Source: Adineta vaga
Lineage: Eukaryota > Animalia > Rotifera
Assembly (NCBI GenBank): GCA_021613535.1
Contig: CP075493.1
Location: 1,116,001 to 1,180,000 of the forward strand
Length of the DNA: 64,000 nucleotides
Direction: 5' to 3'
The stretch's first letter is position 1, and the number at the start of each line of letters is the position of its first letter. The notes beneath the pieces are model-generated. The model did not search any database and had not been told where the DNA came from. It worked only from the letters and a program-made list of their open reading frames with translations. This document shows positions 38,006-50,490 of the stretch, one piece after another. A program made the position numbers and the translations under genes.

Positions 38006-38804
38006 TTTCTTAATTTATTTATCTAAAACTTAAAAACTTATTGAAATATTAAATAAAATACATTTCAAAACTCGAATATTAATATTAAAAAAAAATTGAA
38101 AGAACAAAGATGTATCTTAAGAAGCACAGAAATGAATATATTTAAGTATCGAATCAGGTAATGTAAATGAATGATCAGGTGATATTCCACTAAAAGAAAG
38201 AAATAAAATGAGAGAAAAAGAAGACAATATGAGAATGTCTTACCTTAATTCAAGATCATATTCATCCATATAGGTAACAATTTCATCATATAACATTAAA
38301 CAATTTGTTATTCGAGAATTAATTTGTAAATAACCTTGATCAATAAGATAAGATTGAACTTCTTCATTGAGAATATACTAAAGTGTTGAAGAAGAATAGA
38401 TAAATAAACAAACATAGATCTTTTTCCTTTCTTACTGTAAATAAATGAGAAAATTTCTTTTGAAATTGTTTTACTCGTTGTTGATGGGAAAATTGATTAC
38501 TATTAGCACATTTACCAGGAACAATATAACTAATCACAAATTTTGTTTCATTATTTAAACATAATGAACATAGATCACAGAAATTGTCTCGTTGTCTTCT
38601 AAAATGGATTTTTCATTATTTCTTTCTTACAAAAAAAAATAACAATTTCTTTTTTTCCAGAAGGAATTACTTAGAAATGCCATTGGTTGATAGAAGTGAA
38701 GAAGAAATATGTGGTTCATTGTTATTCGTTACTGTTGATGAACTAGATGAGTATGTTGCAAGAGTCTAAAACAAAATATATATGAGATATATTAACAAAG
38801 ACAA

Positions 38805-38898
38805 GCCCGCGTGGCCTAATGGATTAAGGCATCGGACTCCTACGTTTATTTTGAACAGAGCCATCCGAAGAGTCCGGGTTCGAGTCCCGGCGCGGGTG
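38805..38898 (+). tRNA. tRNA-Arg(CCT) with 20-nt intron (38843-38862)
   Basis: Acceptor GCCCGCG/CGCGGGT, A box TGGCCTAATGG, anticodon stem TCGGA/TCCGA, loop CT-CCT-A, T arm CCGGG-TTCGAGT-CCCGG, downstream T4. Confidence 0.92.
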
Positions 38899-38972
38899 TC
38901 CAAACATTTTGTTCCGTTCTGTTCTCTTTCTCTATTTTTTTTCCTACTAATCACAGTAACCAATAACATTAT

Positions 38973-39699
38973 TCAAAAAATGACGTCCGTAGTCAAACCT
39001 CGATCATGTACCTTCTAGTAAGAATTTCACAATAAAGCGATTTTCTTACCTGAGAAACGATTTCGCATAAACTTGTTCGAATCATTCCATCAGACGTATC
39101 AGAAACATTGATTCGATCGAAATAAGTCTAATTAACATTCGTTTTTTATGTATGTGTGTGTTTTTTTCGCTTGATTTTAAAATCAAATATTTACCATTTT
39201 ATATTTATCAAGTAAAACTTTAATTTCGTCTGTCAATGATTTTGAAATAATTAAACGAATGCAATCGATCCATTGTTGATCAGTTACAGTAACTTCTTGT
39301 CGTTGTCTAAAAAGAATCAAATTTCATTTCGTTTCTTGTGTTTGAAATATACTTCAATTGATTTGAATTGATTAAATTTTGAGATCTTCTCGATGGTGCA
39401 ATTAATAAAGATGACGATGAATTTTTTAACTGTTCAAGAATTTGAGGACGTTGAAAAATTGGAAGAACCTAGAAGAGATGAGAATATGGATAGAAAGAAA
39501 AAAAAGAGGAAATATCTCTTTAGATTACATATGGAATAGATTGATGAGAACAAGATGATGTTGAACAAGAATAATTATTCGTTGAAGGTTTTTGTTCAAA
39601 TGGAATTTGTTCATTTGGAATAGGTGGTAAATTTAAAGGTGGAGGAAATTTTTTTAATCGCACCATCGAGTTGGACTTGATCAATTTCTTATTACTCAT
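38973..39699 (-). CDS. Small uncharacterised 5-exon protein
   Basis: Manual splicing with canonical GT-AG introns gives MSNKKLIKSN...QQWIDCIRLIISK...KVHDRGLTTDVIF*; absent from the ORF track because exons are short. Confidence 0.55.
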
Positions 39700-39998
39700 T
39701 TCCGTTGACTACGGTTAAAGAAAAAAGAAATAGAGAAAAAAAAGAGCGAACTATTTTATTCCATGACTCATCACGTTTATTGTATAGATGTCAGTAGAAA
39801 ATTTTCGAAAATATATTTGAATTAATATCAATAATTAAATTTCTATTCATTTATTCTGATTAATTTTTAGATTTTTGCAAAGATTTTCATTGTTTTGGAA
39901 ATTTCCAACCAATAGGATGTTCAGTGTGTAATCATTTATTGATCGACGAAAAGACAAAAATAAACGAAATTATCACTTTTTGGTACAACCTACCTTCA

Positions 39999-40582
39999 AT
40001 GGATAATTATCTAAAAAGTGCAGATCAATATGGACGAAAATTTCTTCAAAGTATTCCGAATAGATTAATATTAGCTAATTTATCATGCGGTCTTACATCT
40101 TTACTGATGGCAACAAGTGGCTACTATCGTCTTTCTTCTTTATTCATTCTTCTTGCCGGTACTTGCTGTTTTTTCGAAGATCGAGCACGTCGACATAATC
40201 GCATCAAATTAGATGTTAATATACAATTAGATTCTTTCGCTGACATGATTTCATTTGGTGTTGCACCAATTATACTTGCTCATTCAATAAAGCACTATTC
40301 ATTTTTAATGACCATTGCTTTTATAGGTTTTCCGTATGTTTTATTTTAAAATTTGAAAGTGAATTTAAATTTTTCTTTCTCCTGCTTTTTTTTAGTTTAG
40401 CTGGCGCATGGCGTACAGCAAAATTTCATAATCAACCAAAAAGTGACTATATTCTTGGTCTTCCATTATCAGTTTCTGGTATTGTTATTGCTCTACTTGC
40501 GTTCTTTTCATTAGTTTCACCTTTCGTTATGATCATTCTTTCATTACTAATGATATCTTCATTAGAAATTCCAAAACCGTGA
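39999..40582 (+). CDS. Bacterial PssA-like CDP-alcohol phosphatidyltransferase homolog with degenerate active-site motif; one intron (40334-40395)
   Basis: IPN.L.LANL.CG, LDSFADMISFGVAP, GAWR.AKF, GLP, MISS..IPK motifs. Confidence 0.8.
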
Positions 40583-40843
40583 ATAACCGCCCGTTTGTCT
40601 TTTTTTTTCAAAGGAAAATAAATCAAAAACTTGTTGATATATTTATATGTAATACGCACAATGTTTTTTTTTATTATTATCTAGAAGTGTAACTACGATG
40701 CGTAAAAAGAAAAACTAAAAATTAGTATAGATATAGATATGTACAAGAAAGAAAAAGCAGGAATAGATTAATCCATAAAGAAAAGAAAATATAACATATT
40801 TATACAATAAAAGTCTAATAATTTGTTCAAGTCTTTTTGTTTT

Positions 40844-41966
40844 TTATGCAAAACATAAACCGCGACGACAAGCTACGCAGAGTTCTTTTACATGTGGTGC
40901 ATGCATTTTTCCTTTTCGTTGCGTTGGGTCATGATGTCGAAGATAAGATTGTTTCATATTAGTTTCTGATGAATTACGAGTTTCTAAATCGACACAATTA
41001 AGCATATCAGGAAAATATGTTTCAAAAACACATTTAGCTAGATTCTTCATCACGCGGCATACTTCATCTAAACAAGAGAAAGAAAGTTTTCAAAAGAAAA
41101 ATATTGGAAATCAAATCTCTTACCGATATACCAAACAGCATCAGCATATGTACCACAGTATTGACAATCTTGTCCTAATATTTCAAGTTTAATAAAACCT
41201 GGATTTGGTCCATGAATTGTAAAGGAAATCCGTGATCGCATTGATGTCCAAGCATGTCGACAAAAAGGATTTGTACACTTAAATTGTGCTTTTGCATTGT
41301 CGACTTTAATAAAACGATGACATAGAAGATTTTCATAGAATCCTTCTGGAAGTTCACCTTCAGCAAAAAGGAAATATCGAGCACCATAATGTAAATTCAA
41401 TGGAATTGAAATAAGTCGAGCAAATTCGCCATGAAATGCTTCAGTTGTATCGTGACAGAAATCTTTTTTCGTATCATCTGGTATTGTCTTCGCAAGAATA
41501 ACTGAAAAAAAAGAAGAAAGAACAAATGTTTAGGATGATGAAATAGTCGTCTTTTTGCTTCGTCATCATGACTCAGCAAACAAATCTTGCTCAACTTACG
41601 ATCATTTTTTATATCTAAAACCTTTGATTTTTCTTCACTTTCATATTCCGAAAAGCCTTCATCAGCATTTGAACCAGTAGTTGGTTTGAATGTATTATCT
41701 TCTTGAACATCTATTGTTGGAAAATAGATTTGTTCCAACTGTTGTTCAATTTCTTCTGTTCCAGAATCATAATCGATGATAGTACTTTCACGTTTTCGAT
41801 AGACAACTTCGTTCGTATCGATCTTTTTTAATTCTAATGCTAATGGATGTTCACTGTCATCAGCAGATGAACTACGACGCACTTTGACTTTTTGGGTTTT
41901 TTCCAAATTGGAATTTGTTGCTGTTGAACTATGTTGTCGAGCCAATTGAGGTATAGATCCAGTCAT
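40844..41966 (-). CDS. zf-3CxxC / receptor-transporting protein (RTP)-like protein 1, 3 exons
   Basis: FKCTNPFCRHAWTS, GQDCQYC, HVKELCVACRRGLC; acidic disordered N-terminus. Confidence 0.85.
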
Positions 41967-42924
41967 ATTTTGATTTGGTTTTCCTTTGTTTGAAAATAAA
42001 ATGTTTGTATGTGTGTATTTTGAAATCTAAGAAATGAGCAGAAAAATATTTGTGATACTGCTTTATATAGAACAGGGAGAAAATGATGAGTAATCTCATG
42101 GGAAGAAAAACGTTACACGAAGACGTTGCAATCGAAGAAAGAAAGAAGCGAGAGAGAAAGAAAAAGAGAAAAAACCTGATCCAAAGTTAACTCATCCACG
42201 TGAATTGATGGAAAGAACGATAAATTATCCACCAAATAGAATACTGATGAGCAATGGATAAAATTGTTAGGAAAGAAATTTAAAAGTCAATTGAAAATTT
42301 TCTAAGAGGAAGAATTATTGTTGCAGTGGAAACTAAAATGACGTATTTAATCCGATCTTGTTCTTCGTCATGATACTTTTTATTATAAAGAAAAATTCAT
42401 TAATTGCATTTTGGTGTTGTAATTTTCTCAATGACGTGTACGAATGATGCAATAACATTGCCGACTAGTCAAATACGTTTCTTCCTTTAATTTTCACTAA
42501 ATTATGAAATATCTGTATGTCTGTTAACGTTGTTTTTATATCTCGAGGAAGAAGAGAAAAGAATGCAAAATATCATAATTCGTTTTTCGTCCTTACTCAA
42601 TACTTAGTAAAATCTCGTGGAGTCATGCGATGAGTCATTCATGTCTACCAAGTTACTTGGAATATTCCAAGATAATGTAATGTTATTCGGCATTCTCGTG
42701 TAGGAAAAGTCGCTTTATTTTATTATATCAGAAATGATTACGACACAATAAAAACATATTGAAGATTTGCGGTTGAAGATTTTTTTTCTTCTTCGCTGAC
42801 GAATAACCTGAGACTACGCCACGTCAAAACAGCTGATAAATCTATCGATGACTCATTGGGAAAAACCATAATGTTTATTTCAATATGAAATACGTTGAAA
42901 CAAAACAAATTGACTAACTTGATA

Positions 42925-43704
42925 TTATGTTTTTCGTTTCCGCTGTAAATTCGATGCAAAACAAGATCCATTTTTACACGCTTGACATAAATTATATTGA
43001 TGAGAATTTTTCGTCACACTTAAACGTTGATTTTCATAATTATCTTCATCATCTGAAGATTGAAAGTTTGAATAAAAGTTTTCTTTTAATATTCGACAGA
43101 TATTTTTCATTACACGAGTTGCTTCATCTACATACCAACATGGTTCAATATCACGTAAACATTTTTGACATATTTGAGTAAATAAATATGCAAATAAAAT
43201 ATTATATTTATTCTCTTGTGGTAGTTCAGCTTGAAATACTGCTCGTCCTCGTGCTGTTGTCCATTCATACTGACATTGACGACAACAATATTTGATTTTA
43301 GCATTATGTACAATTTTTAAAATATGATCGGGATATCGAAATATCTGATAGGGTTGATTTGTACTTAAATTTACATTGAGAAAATACATTGGTGGAAGGA
43401 AATTATGGTCAACAAATCCTAATGACCATTGTTCACGAGGTCGTTGAATAAAATATCGATTGAGATGAATTTCCAGTTCAGCATGAAAAACATAATAAAA
43501 ATTTGGACAAAAAAGACTTTTATCTATTGAACGAATTTGACGAGCATCTTGGATACAATTTTCATATTCTAGAAAGAAAAAAAACATACATCAGTTAGAA
43601 ATCTCCTAATTGACTTTACAATTTGAAACATGAATTTTTCTTTTATCAATCGTTCTAAATGAAAATAACTTACCATCATCATTTGTTACCGATTCAAAAT
43701 TCAT
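42925..43704 (-). CDS. zf-3CxxC / RTP-like protein 2, 2 exons
   Basis: CRQCQYEWTT, TQICQKC, HQYNLCQACKNGSC; shares WY.DE..RVMKN with its neighbour. Confidence 0.85.
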
Positions 43705-44265
43705 TCCGATAGGTATCTAATAATCTTTGCGTACAAATACGAGTGAGTAGTAAAACGTCGAAAAGAAAATAACAAAATGTTCTTGAATAAACCCTGTTAT
43801 TAATCAGATATGTATCTTGGTTTGAAGTTTTTCCTTTAAAATATGATGTAATTAGAGAAAAAAGAAAGAAAAAAGTCTATGACGTTGATAAATCGGTTTT
43901 TTCCAAATTTATTGACACGTGACTCAATGATTCAACTTAATGTTATATTTTACGTATCAATATGATGTTCTTAAATCAAAATTAGGAAGTCTGGAGTAAA
44001 AATCACGAAAATTAAAATTTTTTTCTCTTATTCTGTTTGCATGCTTATCACATGGTTGTTGTACGAAGAGGAAAACAAAATAGAAATTTGCTTATCGAAT
44101 TTGTTCTAAATGCAAATTCATAGAATAATCAGAGATGAACAAATGAATGATCTTTCTCATATGTGTCTGTCCGTACTTCACTGATTGAACGAAAAATAAT
44201 GTAAAATAAACAGAATTATTTTCTTTAGAACTTAACTCGTTAAGTAATGTCGAGTAAAATACATG

Positions 44266-44498
44266 AGAAAAAATAAGCGAACAACAAGTAATAACTATTG
44301 ATGCAAATGAACAATTTACAACTGTTTTATGACACCAAATATCTGGATTATCTGATGTTTGTTCAAAATGTGTGTGAATATCGGAGTGCAAGATGTTGAC
44401 TCCCAAAAGAACATTGAAACAAGTGATTGTCGATCTAAAATACTTTCTATTCGTGCTGAATTTGTTTGTGTTACATGATGACGTAATGTTGGCATTTT
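44266..44498 (-). pseudogene. Collapsed (deletion-mosaic) copy of the TMEM272-like gene
   Basis: Juxtaposes sequence matching ~48575-48640 and ~47825-47945. Confidence 0.85.
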
Positions 44499-45626
44499 CA
44501 AAGAGAAACGATGATAAATGAAGTATCAAAACAGGTTAATTCCAACTTTAATGACATTATAAAAAAAGAAAATGTTTTCGCTGTTCTTCTTCATAAATAT
44601 CATTGATTATATTCATAATGAATCATGAAAAAAATATCGATTATATGACTCACTGAAAATTTTCTGAGTGAAAAAAGGAAGTTCCTATGAAAATTCACGA
44701 AATCAATGATTCTGTTTCTCATTCTTTTGCATTCATACTCATTAAAATAGTTATATTTAAAATGTAAAAAATCGAAACTTCGACGATCGAAAAAGTGCTA
44801 TGTTACGTAATTGTTCATCATAATCAATAAATCCTTTACAATTAGAAATTCCACCAAAACTGATTTTCATTTGAATAAATGATGTTGACCGATTTCTGAA
44901 TTTATGCGCATAATCAAAGCGAAATCTTGTTCAAATTATCTGATCAAATTATTATGTGCAGCAGTCTTTGTCGATCGCAAATCTAGCAAAATATTATTTT
45001 ACAGAAGAGAACGCAATAGTAAGATGTTTTCTTAAACGTTCACGTGTATTTATTATGAAAACAAATACATGCCTAATTGTATTTACTGTTCGTATTCTAT
45101 GTATCAGTCACACAATCTTATACATTCTAATGTGAGAGAGATCATTCTTTTTCTTTCTGTTCATCCATTTCTGTTTCTGTATATTCGGTCGAAGCACATT
45201 TTTCTTATGTCTTCATTTACACGATCAATCTCTTGTCCATCAAAGACGGTAATAGAGGCAGATATTTTATATAAATAAAAAGAATAGAAAATATTTATGG
45301 AGAAAATCATGTTTATATTTTAAAAATTCATCTTTTATATATTTCTTTTGTACATAGAAGGTATTGCCTTATGCAGTAAGTAATATTGGTGGTGGTGGTA
45401 GTCGTCGTCATCGTGTTTCATTATCACAAGAACCATCATAACAAACTTCGATCGGTGCATTCATTAAGTAATAAATTACTTCCCTATGTCCTGAAAAACC
45501 ATAATACTTATTAATCACATATTCAATTCTGTTCATCCGGTATTTCAATTCGGTAATAGACGTACGCGATTGACGACGTTCAATTGACAATTAAGTAATA
45601 CATATTTTTATATAAACAAATAGTAT

Positions 45627-45702
45627 CCCTGGTCAAACAATCCAGTCTGGAACCGTCCAGTTCCAGGATATTCCTGCGATTTCATAGAAGCAGTATTCTG
45701 GA
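45627..45702. repeat. Dispersed repeat terminus, inverted copy of 21531-21606
   Basis: Direct alignment by eye. Confidence 0.8.
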
Positions 45703-46049
45703 GACCAAATCCTGTATTATATCATAGGTAAAATCACCTTCACGAACATCGACAACATCCATGATGGAAAAAGAAACATCCATTTTTGATTTCATCAGGA
45801 GTTTCGAAATGTTGGATAAGACCGAGTTTAGCTTTTTTTTCTTTGCATGTATTATATTCTAATGTTTTCGAGCTATTTGAATTTTCTACTATAGGTGATT
45901 TTTAAGAAACATCATTTTTGGTAAAATTTAATTCAATGAACATTCAACAAAAAGAAGTCAAAACTCAACAACCAGATAATGAACATGCAGCATCAGTTAA
46001 AGGAACAAAGCAAAGCGTTCGAAAATTTTAGGAAAACATTCAACATAGA

Positions 46050-46452
46050 CATGGTCAAGAAGGTAGCACCTTGAAGGGAAGCTCTCACTACAATTAGCGT
46101 ATTCGATTAGGCTTGGAACTGTCTTGGGTGAGGGTTAGTACATGAACTCTGTTTAAGCTTTTGCTTTATTTTCCAACATAATGTGAAAATCCCTACCTTT
46201 TCTTTTCTGTTTGCTCGCTGCAGCTTAAAGGGTTCTCCCTCATTGTCTATCTGTCTTTGTTGCTTTGTTGTTTGTTTTCATTCGTTCGTCTAGGTGCATC
46301 TATATTGCACATTTTCATCTTTGCCTGTGCGAGGGTAATTTTTTATATTTTATATTTCGATATCTTTTGGATTGCTCAGAGTTAATTTCTAATGGTCCCT
46401 TTAGGACCGTACGGTCAGAGGGTGTCCTGCTCGCTAATAATAATAAAAACAA
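46050..46452 (+). mobile_element. Possible 3' remnant of a non-LTR retroelement
   Basis: GC-richer island ending in hairpins (ggtcc-cttta-ggacc; gaccgtacggtc) followed by an (AAT)n/A-rich tail. Confidence 0.3.
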
Positions 46453-47753
46453 CTCAACAATGTATGATCCAATCTCAACTAACCGATATTCAAAAACAAT
46501 TTCGTCGGATATGTGGTCATCTCAAATTAGCATCAACAACTGAACAAAAATAATGACAAATTTATTTACGCGTGTGTGTACGTGTGTATTCGATTTTTTT
46601 CTTGTCAGTGTTATAGTTTCTCTGCTCATTTTTTCTAACATATATGATTATACTAAAAAAGAAGACATGAATAAAATTCAACTGATTTATTCTTCTTTTA
46701 TTGTTTGAACATTCACTATTTCTGCGTTTGATAAATAGTCGGTAAACACACACGTATATATGTACAATCAGAAAAGAATTCGGTTGAGCTCCCAAATTTG
46801 AATGAAACTGAATATGATATTTAGTTTAATTCAGCTTTAGCAAAAAGTTCGAACAGAGACCTATTGAAACAACAAATAAAAAATCAAGTTTCATCTTGCA
46901 CAGACAAAGAATATGTATATTATATTTTATATTCACACCACTTGCTCAGAAAAACAAAAAAGTCAGATTTGTTTCGGTTCTATAGTAGTTGAACATTATG
47001 ATATAATCAAACGAGACATTACTGTGTACATCGACAGGATATCTAGATTATGGGTCTAAACTCATCAGAGCATATATTGAGGTTTCACGTTTATATTCTC
47101 ATGATTATTGCCCAATTCAATCGGCTGATATTTGTGAACAATATCTATATGGTCTTATTCAAGAAACTCCTTGCCAACATCTTGAACATATTCAATGTCG
47201 TAAACGCTTTGTTACACTTTTACTAGATCGAATATGATGAATGAAAATCTTAATAATCAGATTGAAATTGATGTCAAAGATTGGTTTATTTTTTGAGGAA
47301 ATCACTATGGACATGTGAAACATTGATAAATCAAAAAATAATCATCGTATCCAGCAATACCAAAAGATGGGCCAACTGCTTGGAAAGATATGGAATGATA
47401 TAAAAGAATTTTGCTCTAGTTTCTCTTCTTCTAATTAGTTATAGAATACTTTGCTTACTCTTCGTGTCACGTATAAAAAGATACTCTGACCTACTCTAAT
47501 TTTTCTATATGAAATGACAATCTCATTCTGATCATGTGTCTTTATATATGAAGAGTGGACGAAGAGTACTTTCGAATACTCCTAAAATATTCGTTTGATT
47601 TTCTTATACTCAAAAAAGAAAAGATAATCTGAGAAAAAGTCTTAATACCGCCCATCCTTTAGCTTTTGACAAAATAATTGAAAAGTTCTAAATTAAAGGA
47701 TTTTTTTAATAATTTAATTCAATATGAACGATCACATTTCATTCGTCTGAAAT

Positions 47754-49180
47754 TTATTGATTTGATGCACGTTTAATAACCGTATGGCGAGTAAAAAACA
47801 CGAGAAAAAGAACAATAGTTATAGAAAAAAGAAGCAAACAATAAGTAATAACTACTGATGCAAATGAACAATATACAACTGTTTTATGACACCAAATATC
47901 TGGATTATCTAATGTTTGTTCAAAATGTGGTGGATATCCGAGTGTAGTTAACCAATATTGTCCGAAAAAGAACCAAATAATAAGAAATGTTGTCATTAAA
48001 CCATCAATAAATACTTGTCCATCATTGGGATCTGATGATGATTCTTCTTCTTCTTCTATTAGACGTCTTTGTTGTAAACGATATTTATGCCAAATATTTT
48101 GAAGAAGTTTTGTTATCGAAACAGTTCCGCCAACAAATAAATAAATGGGTAAATGTGTTTGACGTGGACAATCACTTAGATGACTAACACCTTAATACGA
48201 AGAATAACGAATTGGAAATTTGATGAAAAAAAAAGATTTACCAGTTCCGAGCATAATTATTGGAAGAATAAGAAGAAAACAAAGGAAGATCGTTGCTTCT
48301 TCTATGACGAAAATGTCAAATATTAATGAAAATCTTTTATGAAAATCTTTACTTGTTTTCATTAGAACTAAAACTGTTTTTTTCGTAAATTCAAGTAAAG
48401 ATTCTGATTCGAGATATTCTTCCATTAAACGTGATCGTAAACTCCAATAAAATGGTGTTTCTTTTGGATAATCAAGACTCCATCGTCTTTCATCCTTTCA
48501 AAGAATGAATAAGATCAATGTCTTTATCTTATTTATCTTCCTACTTTTTTATTCGGTGGACAACGAGACGCTGAATCCCAATAGAACATTGAAACAAGTG
48601 ATTGTCGATCTAAAATACTTTCTATTCGTGCTGAATTTGTTGATGATGTTCGACTATTTTTACTTCCATTTGAATATCTTGTTTTTGTAAATTGTAATGT
48701 TCCATCAGATGGCATCGATGATAATGTTCGCGTACTTGGATATAGGAAGGATGATTGAGGTGATACAGGAGATAATAATGATGTTCGATTTGATAATGGA
48801 TATAAAGATGTTGGTCGACACATTGTATTTCGACGATGGGAAAATGATGTTGCACGTCGTTGTAATTCAATTTGAGAACAAACAATATTTTCGAATGTAA
48901 AAGAAGTTTTTCCATGATTTGATGGTGATGGTGTTAATGGCATTGTTTTGTGATGCTGTGAATGTGGCATTGTACCCCGACGAGCTGCCTTTCAACAAAA
49001 GATAAATGTAAAAGAAATCATGACATGAAAATGTGATCTATTCTCATTAATATTCTCTTATTTCAAGAGAATGAATGAATAAGTATGAAAAATTAAACTA
49101 AGATTTTGTTTCTCTGTATATTTCACTTGAAATTTAATTTAAAAAAAAAGAAAGAAAAATTTTCTTACGACTCCAAACAT
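47754..49180 (-). CDS. TMEM272-like 4-TM protein with long Ser-rich N-terminus, multi-exon
   Basis: LPIIMLGTG...DCPRQTHLPIYLFVGG, FLIIWFFFGQYW, WCHKTV; micro first exon MFGV splices in phase. Confidence 0.7.
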
Positions 49181-49583
49181 GTTTTGTAATGTTTTTTTTT
49201 CAATTAAAAGTTGTCTTTGATATGTCTGAAGTGACGAAGATATATGTGATAAGTCGAAATGTTCTTTGTCGTTTTCTTTCTATTGGACATTCATTCATAC
49301 GATCAAGTTGATTTTCTTTGTTTGACATTTTATCGAGTTATTTTTAGAAGAATTTCTTTGAAAGTGCCATCGTATATTCAATATCTATGCAGCGTAATTC
49401 CAGTTTATCCTTCAAGCATATAATGACAGATAGATAATGGATCAATTTTCATTCGTAGGTTTACTAAATGAATTGAAGAAAGATGAGAAGAAGACGAAAA
49501 AAAGTACCTTATCAATTGATTTACATTGATCGAAGTTTTTCTCTCTCTTTTTTCTTCTTCTTTGTATTCAAAACAAGAAATCA

Positions 49584-50279
49584 ATGCATTTCTTACGGTC
49601 GATGCATCTATTCACAATTTTATTGTTTAGTGAGTTGAAGAATTTTCCAATCTGTTTTTTTTTCTATCTTTTTATTTTGAATCACAAATCAAGATCTTTT
49701 CTTATCAATCAATGCCTATCAACACTATTTGTATGATTCTGAAAGTGACGAACATACAAAAGGATTTTCAATTCTCCATCTAACAACATCAAAATCATCA
49801 CGTGATCATGATACTTATGATGGTGATCATGATATTTATGATGATGGACATGAAGAAGAGTCTGAAACACATCATACAGTTACAGCAACAACTATAACAT
49901 TCAACATAACAAGATTCATAACTACAACTACAACTACAACTACAACTACAACTACAACCATAACTCAAACATATTCTAATTTGTTTACTACGACTGACCC
50001 ATATTCTTGGCTTTGGACGACGAGAATCCAAAGTTCTGAAGAAATCGATGCATTTGTCGCAAGAACACGTAAAAATTTCATTTCGAGAAAAACAATAATA
50101 CTGAATATGTTTTCATTTATCTAGGACGAGATCGATTGATTCTAAAAATCGTTGCTATCGTCATGATTATATCAATGATAGGTTTAACAATCACTCTGTT
50201 AGTACTTCATTGTATGAAAAAGAAACGTCCTTATAATGGATATGGTGTTCCAACAAATCAAACTCCATCAAAAGCATAA
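49584..50279 (+). CDS. Type I membrane protein: signal peptide, His/Asp-rich segment, poly-Thr stalk, TM helix, short tail; 3 exons
   Basis: Splicing gives MHFLRSMHLFTILLFNLFLSINA-...; (ACTACA)n encodes the Thr run; TM ILKIVAIVMIISMIGLTITLLVL then KKKR. Confidence 0.7.
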
Positions 50280-50490
50280 AGATTTTACTTACATGAAAAA
50301 CATTTCCAATTGATTCATATCAAATATCTTCTTTTTTCTAAATAAATGAAATCATATTACACAAGAAAAACTTTTCTTTTGTGAAACGGAAAACATAACC
50401 GGATATTAATTATCATAAGGAGACAAAGAAAAACCGCGCTTTTCTTTAATGTTTGAAAAAGAAATGAAATGATTTAATTGAGAAGAAATT

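Noticed and set aside
38766-39018. ORFs overlapping the tRNA
   Set aside because: Incidental frames across the GC-rich tRNA gene
42244-42280. CTGATGA...GAAA hammerhead-like core
   Set aside because: Required flanking stems were not found
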